From Moniliella sp. 'wahieum' (Eukaryota), in assembly GCA_003971905.1 (NCBI GenBank), contig RSEE01000017.1:186001-250000 (forward strand): DNA of 64,000 nt. Reading direction: 5' to 3'. The notes under the pieces are model-generated. The model was not told the origin of the DNA, searched no databases, and was given only the letters and a program-made list of their open reading frames with translations. The position numbers and the translations under genes were made by a program. Every line of letters starts with the position of its first letter. Positions within the stretch are counted from its first letter, which is position 1. Positions 13,347-24,074 of this stretch are shown in pieces.

Positions 13347-13949
13347 GCTTCGTCGTTGCTGGGGCCGACGGTCGAGGGCCAGCAGCGAGCACGCGCACAA
13401 GAAAAGAAAAGAAAAGAGAGGATGAGGTGGTGGCGCAGAGACCAGAGCAGCTCGCAAAAGCGGGGCTGGCAGGACCGCGCAGGCAGGACAAGGTGAGTGG
13501 GGCGATGTGCCAGCGAAGGCAACCGAAGTGTGCTGCGTATCCTAGCCGGTGGATCGTGGCTAGTGGCGGGTTTGGGCGTGTGTGGGCCATGTGCTTTCGG
13601 GCGGCGGGCTGGCGAGCGGCCGCAAGACAAACCATCATCACCGGCATCACCGCACTCACCGCACGCGTCCCAGTCCTCATCCATCCGCATCACCACCACG
13701 GACCATCACCAGCATGTCACATGTCAGGCCGCCGGTGTCATGCATGCCACATGTCAGGCCGGGCGCCGCAGACGAGCTTCGGGCGGGGGCGGAATGCGCG
13801 GAATCGACGGTAGTGTCTCACTTTAGCCGGCGGTTTCCGAGCGGCGCTGCCTCCGTGGCCGGCGCACGAGACAAGGCTCGACAGGCCGTGGCTGGCCCCA
13901 GAGGCAGGTACACGCAGGTACGACATGGCCGGCGCCACGAGGCGGCCAC

Positions 13950-14128
13950 TGTCACAGTCGGGCTAAGCGAGGGAGACCAGGATCGGACTAGGCCAAGGGG
14001 TGTAGCAATCGTTCGTGGGGAAGAAGCAAGAACAGAGGACATGGTGCGAAGTGGAAGGAACAGGGAAGGAGCGAGACGCTCGAGACGAAGAAATTGGAAA
14101 TGGGAGCGAGATCAGCCAAACTATGACA
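13950..14128 (-). repeat. 3' LTR (179 bp)
   Basis: Identical to 17399-17579 except for two single-G losses in G runs. Confidence 0.95.
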
Positions 14129-14141
14129 TTGCCCCCTTTCA
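14129..14141 (-). other. Polypurine tract
   Basis: Minus strand reads GAAAGGGGGCAA directly before the 3' LTR, overlapping the integrase ORF stop. Confidence 0.85.
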
Positions 14142-15620
14142 GACCTCATCTCCCGGGCGGCGACGGAGGCGAGAGAGGGCGAGTCGGCGGGCATGGGAGA
14201 CAGGCTTATCGGGGTAGAGGGCGTGGAAACGGACCACTGGCTCGGCGTCATGAGACATGTCCGCAGCGGGTACCCACTCCCGCTCGTGGACAGGATAGCC
14301 CGGAAGTGACAAAGTACTCAATGCGGCCACCACGACCCTTGCGGCGAGAGTCGGGACATGTTCAACCTCGTGATGAACCGCACCATCATCAGCATACTCG
14401 GGAGAGGAGGCGGGGGCTCAATCAAGCGGGCAGGGACCACGTCACCAGGGGTAGGCTCGCAAGCGGGACACATGGAACACGTCATGGAGGTGTAGGTAGT
14501 CGGGGAGGCGGACCTGGTATGCGGCGCGGCCCACGGCGCGGACAATGGGAAAGGGGCCGAGGTAGCGATAGTCGAGGCCGTCAGAAGGCCGCTGGCTGGC
14601 CACATAGCCGTCCCGACGGACCAAGACAGGCTGGCCAGCAGTGAAGGAAGCCGCCTCGGTGCGCTGCTGATCGGCATAATGCTTGTAGCGGTCCTGGGCC
14701 GCGGCGAGCGTGCGGCGGGCCACCGCCTGGGCCGAGCGCAAGTCCTCCAAATATGGCGCAGCATCGGGCACGGGCGAAGTGGAGGGCTCCAACTCCCCCC
14801 GGGGAGAGTAACCATAGGTGAGGACAAAGGGGGACTGGTGGGTGCTCGAGTGGGAGGACGAGTTGTAGGCGAATTCGGCCGTGGGGAGGAGGTCGAACCA
14901 GTTGGACTGCTGCTCGTCGAGGTAGCAGCGGAGGTACTGTTCGAGGATCTGGTTGAGTCGCTCAGTCTGGCCGTCCGTCTGGGGTGGACGCGGTGCTGAG
15001 GCTCGACTTGATGCCCAAGTCGGCACACAAGGCTTGCCAGAAGTGGCTTGTGAAGGTCGGTCCCCGATCACTCACCAGATCCCGGGGAAGGCCATGGTAG
15101 CGAAAGACATGGTGTACAAACTGGCGTGCGAGCTGGGGCGCAGTGTCCGTCGTGTGGGCGGGAATGAAGTGACCCATTTTGGTACAACGATCCACCACCA
15201 CCAGAATCGCGTCGTAACCATTGGATCGGGGAAGCTGGGTATGTGGTCCATCGTCAAGTGGGTCCACGGGCCTTGGGAGGGGAAAGGGCTGAAGGGGTCC
15301 GGCGGGTTGGTGGCAAGGCGCTTTGGTCCGTTGGCAGCGGTCGCACGAGCGCACGTAGGCCCACACGTCGGCGACGGGGCCACCAATATTGAGCGCGGAC
15401 ACGGGCCAACGTCGTCGCGCCCTTCATGGCCCGCCAATGCCGAGTCGTGGGCTTGGTGGAGAATGGCAGCGCGGATCGGCCGGTCGCCGGGGACGTAGAC
15501 CTGGTTTCCGTGCCACAAAAGACCGTCGCGGACCGTCAAAGCATGGGAGGTGGGCTTGGAGCCGTAGCAAGGGACCAACGAGGGTCACGAGCACGAGTTG
15601 GCGGATGCGCTGTCGAATCT
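14139..15620 (-). CDS. Retroelement integrase: HHCC zinc finger, DDE core, GPY/F-SH3 region, chromodomain (frameshifted)
   Basis: ILHQAHDSALAGH, YVRSCDRCQRTK, ILVVVDRCTKMGHFIP, VSDRGPTFTSHFW, PQTDGQTERLNQILEQYLRCY, YLGPFPIV, HDVFHVSRLRAY, then the chromodomain-like GYPVHEREWVPAADMSHDAEPVVRFHALYPDKP. Confidence 0.92.
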
Positions 15621-15849
15621 CGTCGGCAGACGCTCGCTCCACCACCGGTGTATCGGGGTCCGCCGCCATGAGCTTGAGGGCGGCGGCAGAACGTTCGGAC
15701 ATGGGCTCCGCCAGTACTTGAGGTGCCCGCGCCAGCGGGCCGGGAGGGAACCGAGGAGGGAAAAGGAATCGAGTTGACAGAGGGGGGCGAGATGGGGTTG
15801 ATGAGGAGGTGGACTTGGCCGGGGCCCGGGCGAGTGCTGGTGCTGGTGC

Positions 15850-16070
15850 GTTAGTCTTGGTCTTGGGCTGGTCTGGGTGCTGGGGCTGGTCTTGGGGTGG
15901 GGGCTGGTCTTGGTGCTTGGGCTGGTCTTGGGCTGGGGCTGGTCTTGGGGCTGGGGCTGGCTTGGGGCTTGGGCGGGAGTTGGGGCTTGGCGGGAGTTGT
16001 GGGCTGGGGCTGGCTTGGGGCTTGGGCTGGGCTTGGGGCTTGGGCGGGAGTTGGGCTGTGGCCGGGGTAC
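15850..16070. repeat. Degenerate G-rich tandem repeat (GGGCTG/GGTCTT units) encoding a Pro/Gln/Ser spacer between Gag and integrase
   Basis: Directly visible repeat with 6/18-bp periodicity. Confidence 0.8.
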
Positions 16071-16099
16071 AGTCGTGGAAGGCATATGGTGATCACGGC

Positions 16100-17235
16100 A
16101 CTGCGCCTTGAGCGCGGCGCTCGGTGCGCGGGCCGCCGCTTCAGCGGTGGCGGTGACTGCGCTGAGGTCCATGGGCTCCGCTTCGGGCGACAGGGCCGAA
16201 CCAACTGATTGCCGCCCGATCCGGGGAGATGGCGTACCATGAGCGCCCAGCGATTGCGATTGGCGATGTCAATGGCCGCTTGCGCAGTTGTTCGAAACTG
16301 ATCCGTCCCAAGTGAGCCGACTCGCCGCGGGAGGCGATTGCGTCACGCACCGCGGCTTCAAGCCGTACAGAAAGCAATAGTAGCGGTCCTCATCCGACGC
16401 GCTGGGGTTCCAGCGACGCAGCAGAACCGTGAACGTAGCGGAATAGTCCGCTGCAGATCCCGTCTGCCGAAGACGACGACGACGAAACTCCTAACGCCTT
16501 CAGCGCGGGTTGCGCTCGCCCCACTGCTCCAGGAAAGCTGCGCGAAACGCAGCCAAGACTGAGGGCGGGGTGTGGTGCGCGCCTCCAGGGGAAGGGCCAC
16601 CTCCGAGCCGAACTGCTCGACCCAAGTGAGGGCCTCTCCCTGCAGCAGGCCCATGAAGCGGTCGATCCATGCCGCGCCCCATATGCGTGAGGGGACGACG
16701 CGCGCGTAAATCTCGAAGGAGGTGACGACGTGCTGGGCCTGGACCCGGTCACGAGAGTTGGGATTCGCACCAGACGACGGGCGGAAACGAACGGGCTCGA
16801 ACATCTTAGGCTCCGACACCGTGTTCGGGATGGCAGTCAGATCACCATAAGGCCCAGGGGCGGGAGCGGGGGCGGGGCCGAGGACACCACGCCAGTTTGA
16901 GCCTCCCGTACCGAGGCGGCCAACCGGGCCTCTCCGCGGCAAGCGCCGCCTCCTCCCGCGCTGACGGAGGCGGTGCTCACGGCGCTTCGCCTCTTGCTCA
17001 TCCTCGAAAGCGCGGCGCTGGTCCTCCTGGGCTGCAAGGTAGGCCTGATTTTCCCGGGCTCCGTCAACAGAAGCTGGCGCATTCTGGGGGCCTCATCGAC
17101 CCGACGCTGAGCGGCCTCGAGGCCCAGCCCGGACAGGTCGGAGGCAGGCAATGTATACCCGGGGGCGCGGGCGCAACAGACGGAGCTGCATGGGGGGGTC
17201 CAGAGGGGCCAGCCGGGTGGAACCACTCGGGCCAT
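16100..17235 (-). CDS. Retroelement Gag (frameshifted)
   Basis: FMGLLQGEALTW, LRQTGSAADYSATF, FLYGLKP and EPMDLS are Ty3/Gypsy Gag capsid and C-terminal motifs; ATG at 17235. Confidence 0.8.
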
Positions 17236-17387
17236 CGTCGTCGAACGGAGCGTCAGAGGGGGGGTCGGACGGGGGTCGGATTGGGCCGCGCCGCGCGATG
17301 GGTTGCGCGCGCGCTAGGGTTACTGGGGTCAGGGGGGTTGTCGTGGATCGAGGACATCTCTGGTCGGGCTCGCCTGTTGACGGTTAG

Positions 17388-17398
17388 ACGAACGATAA
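17388..17398 (-). promoter_or_regulatory. Self-priming primer binding site (non-tRNA)
   Basis: Minus strand after the 5' LTR reads TTATCGTTCGT with no TGG. ATCGTTCGT is complementary to ACGAACGAT inside the LTR (17467-17459, minus strand). Confidence 0.8.
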
Positions 17399-17579
17399 TG
17401 TCACAGTCGGGGCTAAGGCGAGGGAGACCAGGATCGGACTAGGCCAAGGGGTGTAGCAATCGTTCGTGGGGAAGAAGCAAGAACAGAGGACATGGTGCGA
17501 AGTGGAAGGAACAGGGAAGGAGCGAGACGCTCGAGACGAAGAAATTGGAAATGGGAGCGAGATCAGCCAAACTATGACA
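17399..17579 (-). repeat. 5' LTR (181 bp)
   Basis: Direct repeat of 13950-14128. Confidence 0.95.
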
Positions 17580-18037
17580 GCCATCCATAGCCACTAGTCA
17601 GTACGATGCCCTTCTATTCATCCAAATCCTCTATTGCCCACTAAACTAGCCCATGTCAAACCATCCATCATCAATCGAGCGTTTGAAAATGGTTTGGGAG
17701 GACCGGCACACCCAAAGACACAGCGTGGCCTTAGTAGCCCCTGCGTGCATCAGCTGCATTAGCTGCATCGCCCATCGCAGCCGCAACTTTCAGTCCAAGC
17801 TGAACCCATTCCGACGCCCCACAACGTTTCAGCGCCTTATACTATAGGGTCGCTAATGGGCTTCCAGACCTTCAAGGTCCGGTCGCTGGTCACCGCGTGA
17901 AAAACGCTTAAGCGTGGCAGGCGAAACGCTGAATACGATTCGGCTGTGTTTTGTTGCTGCCCCTGGTGCCGTCGTCTCCAGCGGCTTTCAACCGAGGGGG
18001 TCAATCGGACGTCATTCTCGCGTTTCTTGCTGAACAC

Positions 18038-18276
18038 GTTGAGCCAGGAGGCACAGCTCATGTGTTTGACTAAGGCCCCTTCAGTCCCTCGGCCTCAGGC
18101 CTCAGGCCGAGGGGCTCTGGCTTCTCGCTTTTGTTTTCCTTGTTCCTCAGTGACTGTGTGGCTGCTGTCTGTCCCTGTTGGGCGTCGTTGGTTGGCTTAG
18201 TTCGACCACCATTATCACCGGCACCACCAATAGTGCAATCGTATCACCCTCGAGGACCACCAAAACTCCAGTTCTC
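18038..18276 (+). repeat. Dispersed diverged repeat, copy 1
   Basis: Aligns colinearly by eye with the reverse complement of 42201-42434, including an exact 17-mer ATCACCCTCGAGGACCA. Confidence 0.8.
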
Positions 18277-18786
18277 CTTCACCCGGCGGGGTTGCCCATC
18301 GTATCATCATCTCTTTCGCCATCATCATCAAAACTACTAGAGGGTCTATGTAGCTGATGCAAAACTTGCATGCATATTGGTGGGCTCGCGACTCGAAATG
18401 CAACGTGGTCAACAGGAGGATAACTTCTTCATGTCGGCCGCGTTCTGTTGATGAACGCATCGCATTGAAACGCACCAAACGTATGAAAAAGGCTTGGACC
18501 AGGGGTATGTGTTTGCTTGTGACACCGCAAGGCCGTTGCGGTTTGGCTAATTCGACATGCTCCGTCAACGCGTCAACGGCTCCCTAAAGCGAAACAGACC
18601 AAAACGGGGCACCTGGGGCTCCATAATGCGAACAATGCAGAAGTGACCTGAAGAGCAGGGCGTGAGGGGCATGCCGCCATCATGTTCAGTGCCACAAGAA
18701 TGAAGACGGTCTGCGGTCTGGGGTTGAGTGGCAATTCGCCCAGCCATAAAGTCCAAAATGATGATGTGTTCGCCCGGATGCTGATT

Positions 18787-19206
18787 CTAGGGGGAAAGAC
18801 AGCTAGAAGCATTTTCTGGGACGGAAAATCGACCCGGATCAAAGGAAAGGGGCGGGAGAGGAAACAGACGTGCGGGGAAGGACTCCTCCCGAAAACACAT
18901 CAAGGTTGGCTTTGTGTGGTGTGCTTGCGGCGCGAAGAGGGAGGCCTCGGTACCCTGGGGAACTGGTGCAACACCCAACCGCTGAGCGGCCGAGAGGAGG
19001 CCGCGCTCATGTGCCCGGACATCGGCCGGGTGCTGAGACGTAGGTGCAGGCACGGCTTGGCCATTGGTTCCGGGGCCAGTGGGGTGGACATCATGCGCCC
19101 CGGGCACGGGCTTTCCTTCAGCCTCAAGCACTGCTTTGCGCGCGGAAATCGCATCCTCGACATTTTGAGTCGAGATGGCGATCCGGGTGGGCGGACGGCG
19201 CAGCAT
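18787..19206 (-). CDS. CDC26: APC/C subunit Cdc26-like small protein (3' end uncertain)
   Basis: Starts MLRRPPTRIAISTQNVED, matching the Cdc26 N-terminal MLRR.PT.I/L motif; ACCACCATG context. Confidence 0.7.
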   Translation of the reverse strand: MLRRPPTRIAISTQNVEDAISARKAVLEAEGKPVPGAHDVHPTGPGTNGQAVPAPTSQHPADVRAHERGLLSAAQRLGVAPVPQGTEASLFAPQAHHTKPTLMCFREESFPARLFPLPPLSFDPGRFSVPENASSCLSP

Positions 19207-19618
19207 GGTGGTCGTTACCCTTTCAAGGTCGGATGGAGGTGGCGATCGCGTTTCCAGCCGAGGGTCGCCGCCAGTGTTGCTTGGACACGCGCCACACGCT
19301 TGGGCTGGACGGCGGGGGTGCTTACGTACCGCATACGTCTCTCTTTGTCGGCTGCACGTGACCAGCTGAGGACAGCGATGAAGAAATAGGGTTGCCGCCA
19401 AAGCGGCTCTGCTGCAATTTCTAAGCTGCAGGCGGGCACGGGGGCAGCGCTCACGTAATGCACCTGACAGCGCACGGTCAGAGCCGGCGGCGCACAGGAG
19501 CAGTGTGCGGGTCGGACGGCCCCCGTGCGGTCTTCCTGGCGAGGGGCGTGGGTGGTGGTGTGCTGGTACCAGGGCAGGCCGGGCGGTGGTTCTTGGGCCT
19601 TACCCGCCATCCCCCGCC

Positions 19619-20824
19619 ATGTTCGCTCGTGTTGCTGCTGCCCGTGCCCTGCAGGCCACCTCGGCCGCCCCCGCGGTCCGTGGCTTCCACGCCTCCGCCG
19701 CCCAGGCTGCCACGCTGCGTGAGCTGGAGCAGCGCATCAAGTCCGTCGGCAACATTGAGAAGATCACCAAGTCGATGAAGATGATTGCCGCTACCCAGCT
19801 CAACAAGGCCCAGCGCGGCATGGAGGCTGCCAAGGCGTACGGCAAGGCTAACCAGGGTGAGTGCTTGTTCTGACATGGTCTGATTCGTTCCAAGCTGTGA
19901 GAGCTTTGGAAGGTCCCAGAGCGGCCTGCATCGGGCTTCTGCCACAGAACCATCTTGGCCCGTCGCCGATTCCAATGGCACCCCCAGTCCGCGTGGCTAT
20001 GGCGCCATCTCGTATTCACCTCTGGCACCTGGCGTACGCTAGCTCGTCCGGAAGGGGAGGGGGATGGACTCAGGAGGTGGGACGCGGCTGGGACTTGTCC
20101 TACGCTCAATGGACCAGTGCCATTTCTTATATCGACTCGTGCTGACCCTTCCCGTCATCAGAGATCTTCAAGCAGACTGGCGCCAAGGCCCCGGAGGGCG
20201 GCAAGCAGCTGATTGTCGTCGTGTCGTCGGACAAGGGTCTCTGCGGTGGTATCCACTCGGCGGTGACCAAGAAGACGCGGCAAGAGTACGCTGACGCGGC
20301 CGAGGGCGACAAGCCCCAGATCATTGTGGTCGGTGACAAGTCCAAGGCGCAGCTGCACCGTGCTCTCCCGGAGGCCCTTGTGCTCTCCTTTAGCGGCTTT
20401 GGTAAGGAGAACGCCACGTTCGCTGACGCGGCTGCTATCACCGACCTGATCTTCGCCCAGGGTCTTGAGTTTGACTCGATCAAGATTGTGTACAACAAGT
20501 ACATGTCTGCCATCGTTTGAGTCGGTCGCCGACAGTGTGTACGCCGAGAAGGTCCTTGCCGAGGCGCCTGAGTTCAACGTGTACGAGGCGGATGAGGACT
20601 ATGTGTCGGACCTGGCCCAGTTCTCCATCTGCAACGCCATCTTTGCTGCGTTGGCCGAGGGCCATGCGTCGGAGATCAACTCGAAGCGGAACGCTATGGA
20701 CAACGCCTCGAAGAACGCCGGCGAAATGATCACCAATCTCAACATGGCATACAACCGTGGTCGCCAGGCTGCCATTACCAACGAGCTTGTCGAGATTATC
20801 ACGGGTGCGTCGGCCATGGAGTAA
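19619..20824 (+). CDS. ATP3: Mitochondrial F1 ATP synthase gamma subunit; intron 19857-20161
   Basis: Presequence, then ATLRELEQRIKSVGNIEKITKSMKMIA, SSDKGLCGGIHS, AMDNASKNAGEMI, RQAAITNELVEIITGASA. Intron GTGAGT...GCTGAC...CAG. Confidence 0.97.
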
Positions 20825-21409
20825 AGAAGGAGCCTCTTTTGTTTGCGCGCCTCATCGCCAACGAAGAAAAGTATTCCATGCATCCCCGACCTGTTAGGTT
20901 GTGTCGTTTGGCATTGATAGCTGGTGTTTGCTTTGGGAGTGAGGTTGGTTGACGCGTGGCGTCAATGCCCAAGGCAGGACAGTGGTTTCGAGGCCGACCA
21001 GTGGGCTAAAACGGGGTCGAAGTCAACGTGAATGAAAAGCGGCTGCAAGCAGAGGCGCTGGCGTGGTTGCCCGCTCAGCTTGGCCCACGAGCTGCATGGG
21101 CGGCCGGTCGTTGACCTTCCTTATGGGGCCTGGATCCGGCCGGGTAGGGTTACCGCAAACCGCCGGCGACACTGGCGATGTGCTACGCGTCAATTCCGCC
21201 TGTTCGTTCCGCCCGGCCCAGGCCCGCTTGGGGCCAGCCCGCGTCTGATGGGCCTCGATGTCCTTCCTCACCGACTGCCCGATCCCGTCACCGCCAAGTG
21301 GCGTCGCCAGGCCATCCATTCTCGCGCGACCGCCGACGTGTTTCCTGCCTCGTCTTTACCGGCACGGCGCTCTGCTTTGCCACACCGTTTGTCTGTTCTC
21401 TGCTGTGCC

Positions 21410-24074
21410 ATGATCGAGGAGCGCAAGCGTCCTCTCGACTCCTCTGAGCCTGCTGCTGGGAGCCCGCTCAAGCGCCTACGCGAGGAACCCAGCACCAATG
21501 GCGCCCCTGAGGAGGAGAGCCCGGCCTTTAAGGATCTCGAGGTTCGTTCCTCCCTTCCGTTGTCTTCCCCTCCCTCTTCTGTCCTCATCTCCGCCACGCG
21601 CCGGTCGCTGACACGTGTGCAGACGTTCCGTAAAGAAGCCATCTACCGCCGAATGCTGGAAGCCCAGCGCGACGTGGCCCGCGTGAAGAAGGCGCGCTCG
21701 CTCCAGCGACAACTGGATGGGCTGGAGGAACGGACGAGCACTTTTTCCAAATGCTGGCTCACGCTTGTGGCCGACATGGAAGGGCTGCTGCTCGACTCGC
21801 CCACGCGCAAGGAAGGTAAGACCCCCCCCCCCTCCTCCCGCTTTTTGGAAGCCAGCCTGACCCTTTTTAGCTCTGTCCCAATCCTTATCTGCGTTCCAAA
21901 ATGCCTCCGACTCGGAGGCGCTCCAACATGCAATGCAGCAGACAACTGACACATTGCGCAAGGTGGTCTCGGCCTCGTTGCTACGAGAAGGAGAGGGCGG
22001 TTTGGACGACAGGAAGATCTTGGATCGGTGCCATCTGCTCACTGAAGAGGTACGTCCCGTCTCTCCGTTTCTTGGGTTCATACTGACCCGATCCAGGCCT
22101 CGGCACTGCGACAACAAGTACTGGACCAGCGGCGTGACCTTGACATGGCCCATGCCGAGTTGAAGGAGGCGGTGCAAAAACTGCGCATTGTAGAGCGGCA
22201 GCGGGACCGCTCGTTGGCCCCAGGAGTGTGGGCCGTCGAGCATCCCAACGAAGAGAGACCCGAACCGGTGCCCGCGTCGGACCCGACCCCTGCACCTGCA
22301 GAAGCGTCCAAACCAGATCCTTCCAGTACGGACGACACGCCCGCCGTGCCCGCCGCTAAGCTGAACGCGCTCGAGATGGAAGTGCAGGATTTGTCGGCAC
22401 TGGCCAAAGGGCGTTTGGAGGAAATTTCTGCTGTGCGACAGGAGCTGGTTCAAGCCAAGCAGGAGATGGAGAGGATGCAGTTGCGTTGGAAAAGGCTCAC
22501 ACGCCTTCGCTGGAGCAGATTCAGAATGCGCCTGCGTACCTCGAAGCGCAAGCTCGCGCTGAGCTGGCTGAGACAAATGCTCGTCGCGCCGCCACTCTGC
22601 GCGAAGTGGAAAAAGAGGAGAATGTGGCTCTTCGCGCGGCTCACCAATCTCTGGAACGGCTGATCGGACGTGAACAGGGCCGCACCTTGGAGGAGCTGAA
22701 ACAGCAGTTGAAGGCACGAGAGTCTGACCTGATTCGTCTTCGTGGTCAGAGGGACGAAGCGGCAGGCAAGTTGAACGAGTACAAAGCGCGGGCTGGGGTG
22801 CAAGTGAGCACAACACAGGAATTGAGGGCTCTGGTCACGCTCAAGGAGAGGAAGGCGGAACGGTTCCGTGCCGAGGTGCGACGTCTGCACCTAATTCTCG
22901 CTGCTAAGGCGGGGGATAAGACGACCTGGACCCAAGTCAAGGAGTCTGGCGCGGCCGAGTTGGATGTGGAGGGGATGCTGCGACAGGCCAAGGAAGAACT
23001 CCAGCATTCGTTTGATGACCTACAGACGCGGTATGATGCTCTTGTTGCCTCATCGACGCAAGACCGGTGGACGCGGCGCAGTTGGCGGCGCAGCTTACTG
23101 AGCTCCGCCGGCTTCTCGTCGTCGCTACGGAGGGAGAAGCCGGGGCCGACGTGAGCGAAACCCAAGCGGTCGAGATCTGGAAGGAAAAGCAGGCATTGCT
23201 CACCAAGCTCCAAGCTCAAGTGGACGCTGTGGACTCGACGGTAAACGAGTTGTGTGCCGAGATTGATGCTCTGGGCGCATCGAGTGCGTCAGAGGAGCGG
23301 GAGACAGAACGAGCACTGACACAACGCGTGGTCGAGGTGGGCAAGTTGGAGGATAAGGTACTACGTCTCACCGCCGAGAAGGCCAAGGCGGACAACAAGT
23401 ACTTCAGTGCGATGCGGGCCAAGGACGCGCTAGAGGCCGAGAAGCTGCTTTTGACACGAGAAGTGGAGAAGCACAAGGCGGCGATGGACAGCTTTGTGGC
23501 TGCAGAGAAGGCGTTTTCCGCCCAGCAGGTGCTCAATGAGGGCGAGGTCAAGGCTGCCCGAGACGCGTTGGAAGCCCACAAGGTAGAGCTGGCGCAGGCC
23601 AAGGCGCAACTGGCCAGTTTGCAACGAAGGAGGCGGATGCGCATCGTGTGCTTGCGTCGAACGAGAAGAGGATGGCGGAGCTGGTCCGGTCTGAAGAGGA
23701 CGCCAAGTCGGAAGCGCGTCGGGCCGAGGAGCGGGCACAAGGCGTGGCACATGACCTTGAGGTGCGCGCAAAGCGGCTGCTGCGCCGCGCCGCGGGTCGG
23801 GTGGGAGCGGAAATGAGGAACTAGAGGCGCTCAAGTCGCTGTTGATTTGCTCGACGTGCAAGGAACGGTATCGGGGCAAGGTGATCACCAAGTGCATGCA
23901 CACCTTCTGCCCCGAGTGCATCGACTCGCGTATCCAGACCCGGCAGCGCAAGTGCCCACATTGCGGCTTGGCGTTCGCCATCAGCGATGTGCAGCCCCTG
24001 TATTGTATGTCCCATTCTTTGCGCGACGAATGGTTTGAGTGTACTAACGAACGGACGGTTGCACAGTGCAATGA
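21410..24074 (+). CDS. BRE1: E3 ubiquitin ligase Bre1 (H2B ubiquitination), with introns
   Basis: FRKEAIYRRMLE, long coiled coil, AEKAKADNKYFSAMRAKDAL, C-terminal RING CSTC...KCMHTFCPECIDSRIQTRQRKCPHC. Confidence 0.92.

Larger units (their letters stand above)
13950..17579 (-). mobile_element. Ty3/Gypsy chromovirus-type LTR retroelement, 3630 bp, non-autonomous (Gag + integrase-chromodomain only)
   Basis: Two LTRs (13950-14128 and 17399-17579) with TGTCA...TGACA ends. Flanks GCCAC/GCCAT fit a 5-bp TSD with one mismatch. Polypurine tract next to the left LTR; Gag and integrase motifs inside. Confidence 0.95.
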
